A stretch of 64,000 nucleotides of DNA. Source: Podospora anserina. Lineage: Eukaryota. The notes under the pieces were generated by a model, which ran no database searches, had not been told where the DNA came from, and saw only the letters and a list, made by a program, of their open reading frames with translations. The translations under genes and the position numbers were made by a program. Shown here piece by piece: positions 50,511 through 61,945 of this stretch. Where the stretch lies: the NCBI GenBank assembly GCA_017654855.1, contig CM030332.1, forward strand, positions 1,488,001 to 1,552,000. Direction: 5' to 3'. The number at the start of each line of letters is the position of its first letter. Positions within the stretch are counted from its first letter, which is position 1.

Positions 50511-51365
50511 TTACGTCTCGCCGTACTGGTAAGCACCAGTTGACTCCTCCACCTGGACCTCAATCTTGGCCTCCTCGAGCTCCTTGCCATTGATTCTGAT
50601 ACCAGCCTTCATGACGTCGCCGGGAACGACCGGGCCGACGCCCTTGGGGGTGCCAGTGAGGATGATGTCGCCTGGGTTGAGGGTCATGACCTTGGAGATG
50701 TCGCCGAGGATCTTGGGGATGCGGAAGAGCATCAGCTCGGTCGAGTCCTGCTGCTGGACCTTGTCGTTGACGGTGAGGTAGAGCTCGATGTTGTGGGGGT
50801 CGGGAATGGCCGACTTGTTGATGACGTTGCTGACGGGGAGGAAGGTGTCGAAGCCCTTGCAGATGTCCCAGGGGAGGCCCTTCTTCTTGGCTTCGTTTTG
50901 GACGTTGCGGGCGGTCATGTCGATGCTGAGGGCGTAGCCTTTTTTATCATGTGTTAGTTCGATGGGAAGGGAGGCGCAGATGAGATGAGAACTGACTGTC
51001 AATGGCGTCGAGAGCGGCCTTGTTGTCATTCTCATCAAAGTCTCTGATACGCTTGCCGAGGACAAGGGCGAGCTCGACTTCGTAGTGAAGGTCAACACCC
51101 TTGGGGCGGACGACCGGACCCTCCCCGGGGGCCAAGATGGAGGAAGAAGGCTTCAGAAAAAAGAAGGGTTGCTTGGGGCGGGTGTTGTTGAGTTCAGCAA
51201 TGTGGTCCCTGTTCAAGTTAGCTTTAGTACTCCTGTTACAAGGTAGGCATGAGGGAGCACACACGCATAGTTGCGGCCAATGCACACGACCTTGCCAGCC
51301 TTCTTGAGCGACGCCATTGTGGTTGCGTTTGTGGCCGTAGCCAAACCTCTCCGGAAGATCATCAT
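50511..51365 (-). CDS. Fumarylacetoacetate-hydrolase-family protein (FAHD1/FMP41-like), 3 exons
   Basis: KVVCIGRNY, PFFFLKPSSS, HYEVEL, DMTARNVQ..GLPW..KGFDTF, GDIILTGTPKGVG. Confidence 0.92.
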
Positions 51366-52899
51366 CTTTTCTCTTTCTTTTCCCCGCTGGAGATAACCGG
51401 TCTTTATATGCAATCCAAGGTGTCTGGATGTATGGTAACCCCCCTCTGCAGAGTACCTGCCAAAGTGAGAGATCCCGTCTTATGATGTGAGCTCGGTTCG
51501 GGTCAATTGGTCAATTGGCTGAGGTTGGAGTAACCAATCCCAACGACAGCAATGGAAGCACCGGAAGGAATGCCGACCCCGGTTGGGAAAAGAGTGTTGA
51601 TGGATTGCTTACGGTGACAACTTCACACCTGCTGTGACTGGGTGAATACCGAGGAAGGATGATATCTTGGTATTGCGATATAAGCTACTCTCTAAAACCC
51701 TAGTCTGGCGTTGCTTCAATCGAGAAGTTCATGCTTCAATTGAAGGAATAGTGGAGATGTGGAGCTGGGTAGCAACAACAGCTAGCCATTGCTCGCTGTT
51801 CAATGTCATCCTCGAGCCCATCTGCAACTGCGACATCGCTTTGCTTCTAAATCGAGGCACAGGGTCTCGAATCGGTGAAGAGAAGGACCGGAGTAGTTTA
51901 AGTGTCTCTCGGGCATAATTTCTCACACTCTGAACTTCGACTTGAAACTGTACGACACATACACGGCACCAAAGTATGACGAGACCAGTGTTGGGCCGGG
52001 TGGAGGTCAAGATCATGACAAGAGAGCTCTGAAAGCACGGATCTCAAACACAGTGAGTAACTCGCCCCTGCCACGGCCCGGCTCAGCCTGGCCATCCTGG
52101 ACACAAAGAACTCATTGTCGGCCACAGCATTTGCCGACGTACATTCGCAGTCGAGGCCATAAAACCCACGTGGGAGTGGTGTTGGATCGTTGTGGAAGGG
52201 GCGGAAACGGGCTTGAACGGCATATTCTCGCCCTGTTCATCATCAAAGAGATAACGATCAGCCAATGGCTAACATTAGCAACTTTCCCATCGTTAAGAAG
52301 ATCGTAAAAGAAGGCGACGAGATGCCGTGATATGTCTTGCAGGGTCAAAGTGCGGGGGACCCCACGCAAGAAGACAAATCGAATTTGCCGACCCCTGTTC
52401 GGATCACAGGGGACCGGGACCCCACCAATCTTCAGTGGACAAAGCCAAAGCTTAGCACTGGGGTCAGTGCTGGCCTGCATCCCCAGCGACTCAGCCTGCT
52501 GGGTGAACAAGAGCAACCAGCCCGGGCCGTTTTGAGATACGTAGCCCGCACACACCCTCTCCCTCCCATCTTTCCAGCCAGCTTCACTTCATTAGCAACC
52601 AGCTGGTAACTGGTGAGAGCATAAAAACTGCGGCTTCTCTCTTTCGCCTCACCCGGAAAATCTCGGTTTGTGACACCACACACACCCGTGCAGCAGGATT
52701 TCGACATTGAGAAAGGCCACGGAATCCACAGCAAAGACGTCACGGGCTGCACTCTTCGACCTCACGGCGGCCACCACCGACCCTTTGACAGCCATCAAGA
52801 CAAAGCAGTCTCATTGCCTTTCCCCTTGCGCCTTTTGCATTTTTACACGCTCCAGAAACAACACCAGAGTTATCACCGCTTTCGGAGACAGTATTCGCC

Positions 52900-53653
52900 A
52901 TGGAGAGCATTCAACTGGCACAGATGCTAGCTGACCTTAGCGACCTAAATGCAGCTGTACGTATATATACGCCATGCCCACGGACGCGCACTGTCAAAAG
53001 ACATGAGAACCTTGCTAAAATTTTGCCACAGCAGGAAGCTTCGGCCGCTGTGGCTTTGGTCAACGCCAACAAGAACCTCAACCAACCTACCACCACTGCC
53101 CCTTCCGACGCCAGCCAACCCTCGGATTTGGTACGGCCACCGATCCGCCCGGGTCAGCGCAATCACCAGCGCACCGGTTCCGCCGGCTCTCTGGGTTCTT
53201 CTTCTTTCCTTTCCCGTACCGCCTCGCCGGCCAAGTTTGATAAATACGGTCGTCGCATTCTTACACCGCCCAACACACGAGCCAACTCCTCGTATGGATC
53301 AATACCGGGAACCCCTCGTGGAGAGGTGAGCAGTATTCCTTGCCGTCGCTCAAGGCTTGGTGTTTGTCTCCATCACACTTCGGTCCCGATGCTAAAAAAG
53401 TCGTACTTTTGAACCACAGCAGATAAGCGACGACGATGTCGACCGAGCCGGCTCACTCATGGCCTTGTACGAGATCCGCGCGAAGTTGAAGGACCAAGAT
53501 AATCGAAGCTTGCTCAAGCTTAGGGAGAAGATCACGTCGTTGCAGCATGCGAGACAACAACAGGAGAGACTTGAGAAGGGGCCTACTTCGCTAACAGGGT
53601 TCGCTGGCGAAACCGCCAACAAGTCAAGATACAGTTATCCCAAACACTCATGA
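52900..53653 (+). CDS. Hypothetical protein, 3 exons
   Basis: MESIQLAQMLADLSDL..; C-terminal coiled-coil-like DDDVDRAGSLMALYEIRAKLKDQDNRSLLKLREKI. Introns 52957-53031 and 53326-53419 give one continuous frame. Confidence 0.75.
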
Positions 53654-54578
53654 GATCTGGCTGGCGTTTACCACCGACAAAACAACTCAACGGGCAGCTG
53701 CTCTCATTGAGGATAGCACGACGGAACTTTCACTTACTCAACGATAGCAGCATTGATTATCGTATACGGCGTTATCATGGAGTTCGGGCCAGACAGGCTC
53801 ATACAGACAGCCTTCTGGGATAGGGATCATGTTGTGGTTAATGGATTGGGTTGATATTGGAACTTGCATTTTCTTTTTGTGAGGAGAGACAAAACTGGTG
53901 TCGAGACTGATGGAAGGAACAACAGCACTGTCCTTACAGCTAGGTTGTCTGATATACCTTGCTGTTGAAAGATTACATGTACATACGTACCCTCGTCGCG
54001 ATTGTGACAGTCTTGCCTTATTCACTGCTTGTGGTTGTTGGTAGACTGTAAGACTATTCTTTCTAAATCGATACAGCGGAGGATATTTTTGACTTCTGAA
54101 CCTCATTCTCTCTAATCATGAGTAATATGTTCTCAATCTCAACAATCCGACACACGACAGTCTTCCAGTCCCAGTTAGAGAGGTGGTCGTTGGTGCTGCC
54201 CCGCATTCGTTAGCATTTACTGTAGCACCCCAACCCCTGTCCCCGGCCCCTCTTGGCACCGCTCCGCTGGCGCCAAGTGGATCCGGCCTGCAAATCGCGT
54301 CCCCACTTTTTGTTTCTTCCCAGGTGCTTGCCTGACAAACAGAAATTGCTGGTGGTCCAACTTTCTCTTTGGGAGCGCGTCACGACAACGTCCAATCTTT
54401 TGGAGGACGAGACAACAACGACCTCTGACAACATCCTTCGTTCCATTGAGTCGGTCGCTTGCTTCCATCACGTAGTTATATTTCAGTTTCTTCATTGCCG
54501 CCAGCCCGGCCAATCCTACCATCTACCGCCTCTTGGTTACTACATCTCGAGAGATTCAATCACCAAACAGCAGCAGCC

Positions 54579-56350
54579 ATGGCGACAGGCGTCGATGCAA
54601 AGCTCCTCAAGAGCACAAAATTCCCACCGGAATTCAACCAAAAGGTCGACATGACCAAGGTCAACCTCCAGGTTATGAAAAAGTTTGTTTTTTTTTCGCG
54701 CTCTGTCCGTATCTCTTGTCGGAACCTCGGTCTAACAAGTTGAAATCAGATGGATCGCAGGTCGCATAACCGAAATCCTTGCCAACGAAGACGATGTTGT
54801 CATTGAACTCGTGTTCAACCTTATTGAATCCAGCCGCCACCCCGATATCAAAGCTCTACAGATTCAGCTCACTGGCTTTCTCGACAAGGACACGCCCGGG
54901 TTTTGCAAGGAGATGTGGGGGCTGCTGCTGAGTGCGCAGGATTCTCCCCAGGGCGTGCCGAAGGAGTTGCTGGAGGCCAAGAAGCTGGAGCTCTTGCAGG
55001 AAAAGAGGGAGCAGGAGGAGGCGAGGCAGAAGAGAGAGGATAGTGAGAATCAGAGGAGGGATAGCTTTCAGAGGGGGCTTGGTGGGAGGGGTGATAGAGC
55101 TGAGAGAGGGAGAGGTGCTGGGGGGCCGAGGGGAGGGGGTAGACTGGGAGGTGATTCTTGGAGAGGTCCAGGTGGGAGGGACGACAACAGAGATCGGCCT
55201 TTTGGGAGGGGCAGAGGAGGTGATGAGAGACGGTCCAGGTCGCCGCCGAGATACCGTGACCGTGGGGGAAGAGGAGGACCGAGGGGTGGCTTGAGGGATT
55301 CATATGTCCCAGGCGGACGGGGTAGTTCACCGCTCCGTTGTGGCGGAAGGGGGATGGGAGATAGGCGGGATGATAGGCGGAGAAGGTCCAGGTCGCGCTC
55401 ACGGTCGCCTTCTGTGCGCTCGGCTTCGTCCCGGTCTCGGTCTAGATCTCGATCTCTCTCTCGCAACCCTAGTGTGGATGGGAAGAGACGGTCCTATTCG
55501 CGATCGGCTAGTCCCCCTCGTCGACGCCGTCGTTCTCGCTCACCACTTCCCTACAGGGATACAGTCAAAAGACGCCGCTCCCCTGCCCGGGATGCCGACC
55601 GCCGTAGCCGGTCCCGATCAGTAGCATCCGACCGCGGCTCACCTTCACCAAAGCGTCGCCGTTATTCTCCATCTAGCAGCCGGAGCAGAAGCAGAAGCAG
55701 AAGCAGGAGCAGGAGCCGCACCCGCAGCCGCTCTCGCAGTCTAACACGCAGTCCATCCAGGACCCGAAACCGGCGGTACAGTCGATCTTCCTATTCTTCC
55801 GGATCCTCTCGCTACTCCCGATCTCTTAGTCGAAGCCGAAGCCGAAGCCCTCCCCCCAGGCGGTCAAGAGGTGGAAGCAGGAGTGTCTCCCCCGACATCA
55901 AGCGACATCGGAGTAGGAGCCGCTCTCGCAGTACGGGCCGTAGCATTAGTCCTGCTAGCTCCTACGGACGACGCCGATCCCGTTCCCGCTCTCCACGTCG
56001 TCGATCTCGTGATAGAAAACGTAGCCGCAGTGGTTCGAGGGATAGAAGAGGAGGACGAAGCAGGGCCTCTTCTGCATCTTCACAACTTTCCAAGCGGGAC
56101 AGATCGGCTGATGGTTCAGGAGCTGAAGACAGACCCCCCAAAGCCCACCATGACGATGCGGCGGTGTCGAGCCAAGATCAGGTATGTTCTCTGAAGTTTC
56201 CAAGTATTTGCAAGATATGATGGCTAACTATTGCTTATGCTACAGGAGTCCAAAATCGACACTGAGCAGCGGGAGAAGGAGCTCAAGGAGAAGATCAAGC
56301 AGATGAGATCCTCAAGAAGTAGTGACGTGGTTGAGGCTAACGGTGCTTGA
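54579..56350 (+). CDS. PWI-domain RS-rich splicing factor (SRm160/SRRM1-like), 3 exons
   Basis: STKFPPEFNQKVDMTKVNLQVMKK|WIAGRITEILANEDDVVIE..IQLTGFL..GVPKELLE, then long RS repeats. Introns approx. 54683-54749 and 56182-56245. Confidence 0.92.
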
Positions 56351-57054
56351 AGCTGTTTATCACTTATTCGTTCGTTCATTGAACCACATCAAAGAAAGAA
56401 AAAGAAAAAAAAGAAAAAAAACAGGAAGGACATTAGCATGGCTTTGGGAGACTCGCGTTTCGAGGCGTTGAGGTTTGGAAGGCGGCTCTGTGAGGACTAC
56501 AAACCCCCAAAATATTGTCTTGGCTTGTATCTGAGCATATTTTTAGCAGCCTCTGTGTGGATCGCGTAGTAAAATGATAGCTGTCGTAATATAGTGGCAA
56601 GGACGTGTACTTGAAATTTGTGTTGGGTTGTGCGGCATTAGGGAGGGTGATGAAGTTCTGAGTGGTTCCTTCCCAGGATATAGGTACCTACCTGGTTTGT
56701 GGTGGGAAGTCACTGCCCGGATCATCACAGCTTGGGCGTTGGTGTGGTCTGATGAGAGATAATTGAAGTCGTGACTGCCTCCTATGTATCTTCCTGTGAC
56801 GTGCAGAGTGGGTGGGGGGCACCTTCCCCCACTCGAAATTACAAGTTCAAGCGGGAGGCAGAGCTTCCAAGTTGAAAGAAGGAAAGAAGATGGGAGTTGC
56901 ATGCTCTGAGATAAAAGACCAGCTCCAGGATTGGTTGAGAAGCAACCCAATTCAATCCAAGTATCATCACTTGCTACCCGACTTTTATAACTTCATAATT
57001 CTTTTTGCTACAGTCCATTCTTGCTTGTCTTGACATCCTTTCGGTTTACACGAT

Positions 57055-57450
57055 ATGGACTTTATGGCCTTCTGGAGGACCGTCTGGGACAGAGTGGACA
57101 TCATCGTGGACATTATCAATATCGATTTTTGGCATCCAATTCGGCCTGCAGTACTCCGTATCAAGGCCGATTTGTTTGTTTTCCAAAAGTTCATCGCTCG
57201 CCGGTCCTGGCAGGCTATCAGGTGGTCCTGGAGAAGGGCCTGGGAGTGGTTCTGGGAAGTCGCGGAGGCGATCTTGACGGCTTGGTCGTACGTGTTTCTT
57301 AGTTCGGCTATCGGTGTTGCCTTTTTCAGCTGTGTTATCTGTTGGATGGTATTCGGTTTTGATTTGCGGAGAGTTGTGGATTCAGTGTTGCCCCGAGCAC
57401 GGCTGCTCCCCCCGCCGTCCTACACACCGTTACTCATGCCCGCACTATAA
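57055..57450 (+). CDS. Hypothetical Trp-rich small membrane protein (131 aa)
   Basis: ATG-initiated ORF with one hydrophobic segment (WSYVFLSSAIGVAFFSCVICWMVFGF); no recognised family. Confidence 0.4.
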   Translation: MDFMAFWRTVWDRVDIIVDIINIDFWHPIRPAVLRIKADLFVFQKFIARRSWQAIRWSWRRAWEWFWEVAEAILTAWSYVFLSSAIGVAFFSCVICWMVFGFDLRRVVDSVLPRARLLPPPSYTPLLMPAL

Positions 57451-57714
57451 TTCGACCACGCACTGCAACCACTAAGGGCTTCATCCCGGTCCACTGAGGT
57501 GCCAACAAGGTAAGAGGCCCGAGACTCGGTACCGCGACATGTTCAGGCCCGAGTTCTTGACTGACGCATTTTTAGACCAGGGAGGAAACAATCACTTTGC
57601 ACGCGCACCACACCCCACGTTTACGCACCCACTCACTTTACACCAATTCAACGCGCTTTTTCTGCATCTCTCGACGCGTCTTTCGTCATCATACCACCTG
57701 CTTAACAACCAGTC

Positions 57715-57887
57715 ATGGCAACGGAGAATACAACATCTTCGAATGGAGGAGGGGGAGGCGGAGCTGCTACACCAAAACCTGTGGGGAATAACGCGACCGC
57801 GGGGGGGCATCAGAACACACCTGTTAAGAACGAGTCGTCTGCCGCAAATGGAGGAGGGCAGCAGTCGCAACAGTCACAACAAGCGCA

Positions 57888-57918
<31 letters not shown>

Positions 57919-58680
57919 CAACAACAACAACAGCAACAACAACAACAACAACAACAACAGCAGCAGCAGCAGCAGCAGCAGGCGGCGGCTGCAGCGGCGG
58001 CTGGAATCCCCTATTACGAGAAACAACGAGCGCAGCTTAAGGAGTTGTTGGCGAAGAGGAGGGCGCTGGATAAGAGACTTGTGGGTTTGACCCTTTCTTT
58101 CTGGAGTGACTGTGGGCAGGGAGCTAACGGGGATTGATGTAAACAGGCCGCTCAAGAAGAACACATTTTCCAAAAGGAGACGGAGTACCTCGAATCAACG
58201 CCGCACGGAAACATCATCATTGGGTTCGACAACTATGCCAAGGGAGGAGGCGGCGCTGGGCAGGGACCAGGCGCTCCTTCGTCTTCTGCTGCGAGGAGAA
58301 AGGGCGGTGGTGGGGGTGGTGGTGGGATGCAAGGGGGGGTGTTGAATGATGCCAACAGGGTCTTTTCTCGTAGTTCGATTTCGTACAATCTGGCGGCACA
58401 GGCTCAGTTGGCTCAACAGCAGGCTGCCGAGGGTGTCACACCGGGTAGTACGCCAGGGCCTACGCCGATCAGTGGGAGTTTTGCTGGAGGAGACAGTTCA
58501 AAGGTTGGGACACCTACTAGTGCTGGGGGTGGGAATGGGGGGGGGAGTAAGGCGGGGAAGAAGGGGAGCAGTAAAAGGCCAGTAGGAAGAGGGGCGGCGG
58601 GTGATGGGGACGGAGATAGTGAGACTGATTCCCGTGATGCTAAGAAAATTAGGACTGGCTTTGGGGCGGGGAGGAAGTGA
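57715..58680 (+). CDS. EAF6: NuA4/NuA3 HAT subunit Eaf6, 2 exons
   Basis: IPYYEKQRAQLKELLAKRRALDKRL|AAQEEHIFQKETEYLESTPHGNIIIGFDNY..DANRVFSRSS. Intron 58081-58146. Confidence 0.92.
57886..57981 (+). repeat. Coding polyglutamine tract, 32 Gln
   Basis: (CAG)8(CAA)7 CAG (CAA)8(CAG)8 in EAF6 exon 1. Confidence 0.97.
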
Positions 58681-59696
58681 GATCACTTGAAGAAGGTGGT
58701 GATGAGCAGGGACGGTGTTGTACCAACATGGAAGTTGTGATTTTATGGTAGGATGGTTGGGAGCGAATGGCATGATACCAATGGCGTTTCTTTTTCTTTT
58801 CTTTTTTATCTGGGCATGAGGTATGACCTCAAGATGCATATGGCGTTTAGACTGGCGGTGTTGACGGCATTCTTGTACGAGTAGTTTTATGGCAGTTGTC
58901 TGAACAAAACAGGATTGTATCTTGTCTGGAGGATCAAGTTTGCGTCGGACAGACTTTTCACGGGGATTAAAGGTTGCTTTGCATATGCTGGACGGGAGGT
59001 GTCCTATCCAGCACCGGGAATAAGGGCTGGAATGTTGCAATGGGGCCCGGTAGGCTCGGATGTCGAGGTTGGGAAGATGGCGAGATGTTTTGTCTCCTGC
59101 CGGATCTGGAAGTCCTGATGCTTACACCACTGGCATGTCGTGCCATGGTTCTTCCAACCATAGGCGGTGATTAGCGCCTTTGTGGGTTGAATTGTGGACG
59201 TGAACGGGTTGCTGCTAGGGGGGGGTGGGGGAATGGATTTAAAGAGTGAGAAGTGCTTCTCCCGATGACATTATTCTCATCACTCTTGAGACTTTCTTTT
59301 CATTTATTTGCCAGATTTTTTACGTCAGAGATGGGGGAAGCTCAAGACCCAAGGTGGGACGGATACGACGATGACGATGGGAGTGGTGGTGAAGAAGCTC
59401 TAGCAGCAGCCGCAGGTCTTAGCTGTTTCTCAATGCGGGGTTGTTCAGGGGAGGGGAAGCACCTTGATGGTTGTGGTGGTGCTGGTGCTGCCCCTCACTT
59501 GGACGGCACCAACAGCACCACCGCCATTGTTGTCTCTGAGCTCAAACAATTGTTCCCCCGCAGCAGACGGCGATTATTATTATTCCCAGGAGTAGAAACG
59601 ACCTTTTTCTTTGTCTGTTTTACCACCCTCTTTTTCTTGGCATTCATCATCAACCCAGCTATTGCCAGCCCGGTTTGGAGGGATTCAGCCGGCAAC

Positions 59697-61945
59697 ATGA
59701 CCATCATGGCGACAAAGTTCACGCCCGAGGTGATGCTCTCTGCCCCGCGGCGGTCGGCTGCTGTGCCGAACGGTAACGGGACGCTGGCGCTGTATACCGT
59801 GTCGACGTACTCGTTTGGGGAGCATAAGCGCAGGTCGGAGGTTAGGGTGTTGACGATTGCGAATGGGCAGTCGAGTGTTGTTGTGGAGGGGAGTGGTGCT
59901 TCGGAGCCGAATTGGGTTGGGGAGGAGGAGTTTGTTTGGGTTGAGGGGGTTGGGGAGAAGGGGGAGATGGAGATCAAATGGGGGGATGTGAGGGGGAATA
60001 AGGGGGTTGTGAAGAGGTTTGAGGGGGGGGTTGGGAATGTGAAGGTGAGGGAGGTGGAGAGGGGGAGGAGGTGGGTTTTGGGTTTTACGGTGGTGGTTAC
60101 GCCTGGGGGGGAGATATATAACCCTGTGACGGAGGAGAAGGGGTTGTCGAGTGGGAGGGTGTATGATGGGTTGTTTGTGAGGCATTGGGATGCGTGGAGT
60201 TCGGAGAATAAGAACTCGATTAGGTATGGGTTTTTGAGGAGGAAGGAGGAGGGAGGGTTTGAGATTGAGGGGTTGGTGGATGCGCTTTATGGGACGGGGT
60301 TGAGCTCGCCGGTGCCGCCGTTTGGGGGGACGGGTGACTTTGATGTTGGGCCGAAGGGGTTGGTGTTTGTGGCGAAGGATCCAAAGCTGGATCCGGCGAT
60401 GTATACAAAGACTGATTTGTATTATCTGTCGCTGAAGGAGTTGGCGCAGGAGAAGCCGAAGCTGAGGTTGGTTGAGACGCCGGGGTTGGAAGGGTATTCA
60501 CAGAGCCCGGTGTTTTCGAATGATGGAAACAAGATTGCGTTTACGCGGATGAGAAGCAAGCAGTATGAGAGCGATAAGACCCGTCTGCTTTTGGTCAAAG
60601 ATCTCGACGAGTTGAAGGCGGAAGAGTTCTATGCCACTGAGGACGGCGAAGGTGGCTGGGACGCCCGTCCAGATGCCATCCTCTGGTCTGCCGACGACAA
60701 GACACTCTACGTCACAGCCGAACACAGAGCTCGCAACCTCATCTTTCAGCTTCCCTCTACCCCATGCGAAGCTGGCAAGAAGCTACCCTCTGTCATTCCG
60801 ACAACCGACGGCTCTGTCAGCGATGTGCGCCTCCTCAGCACCACCGTCTCGGCCCACTCTCCTGTGGCCGGCAGGTTATTCGTAACTTCCACTTCTTTGG
60901 TGGACAACTCCTGCTACAGCATTGTCAATCCCTCTCAAAGCACGTTCCACATAGTTTCCTCCAACTCCAAGCAAGGGAAATCCTTCGGTCTCTCTCGGCT
61001 AAGCGTTGACGACATCACCTTCAAAGGTGCTGGCGACTATGATGTCCATGCATTGGTCATGAGACCGTCCAACTTCGACCCCAAGAAGAAGTACCCCCTC
61101 TGCTTCTTGATCCACGGCGGCCCGCAAGGCGCCTGGGCTGACTCTTGGTCGACACGCTGGAACCCAGCTGTTTTTGCCGAGCAAGGCTACGTCGTTGTCA
61201 GTCCCAACCCCACAGGCTCAACGGGATACGGCATGGCGCTACAAAACGGAATCAAGGGAGACTGGGGCGGCAAGCCATACAATGACCTAGTCAACGCCTT
61301 CGAGTACATCCAAGACAATCTGGACTACGTGGACACCGACAGAGCGGTGGCACTGGGTGCCAGTTACGGCGGCTACATGATCAACTGGATCCAAGGCCAC
61401 CCCCTCGGCCGCAAGTTCAAGGCGCTCGTCTGCCACGATGGAGTGTTCTCCACCTCAAACCAGTGGTCAACTGAGGAGCTGTTTTTCCCCATCCACGACT
61501 TTGAGGGGACCATCTACGAGAACAAGGAGGGGTACCAAAAGTGGGATCCGGCGAACCATTTGAACGAGTGGGCCACGCCTGAGTTGATCATCCACAGCGA
61601 GCTGGACTACCGTCTTCCTGTTACGGAGGGGCTGGCGGCGTTCAATGTCTTGCAGGCGAAGAAGGTGCCGAGTAGGTTGTTGGTGTTTCCTGATGAGAAT
61701 CACGTAAGTTTTACTCTTTCACACATTCTGATAAACGGGGGCTAACATGGAATTAGTGGGTGCTCAAACCTGAGAACTCGCTTGTTTGGCACAAGACTGT
61801 GCTGGGCTGGATTAACAAGTATTCTGGGATTGAAGATGACGCTGGGGCGCAGGTCCAGGCTCACCAAGCCAATGTGACCAAGCGGGAGACTGAGCGGTTG
61901 GACAAGGAAACCTTTGCGAACTTGGTGAGCAAGTTGGCGTTGTGA
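59697..61945 (+). CDS. DPP5: Dipeptidyl-peptidase V (S9C serine peptidase), 2 exons; frame open upstream to 59253
   Basis: [34 protein letters not shown], nucleophile GASYGG, LDYRL, FPDENH|WVLKPEN. Intron 61704-61756. Confidence 0.93.

Noticed and set aside
9063-53031. Four in-frame, stop-free introns (9063-9116, 30051-30107, 33690-33755, 52957-53031)
   Set aside because: With roughly 40 short introns, about a third being 3n and about 40% of those stop-free, around five are expected by chance.
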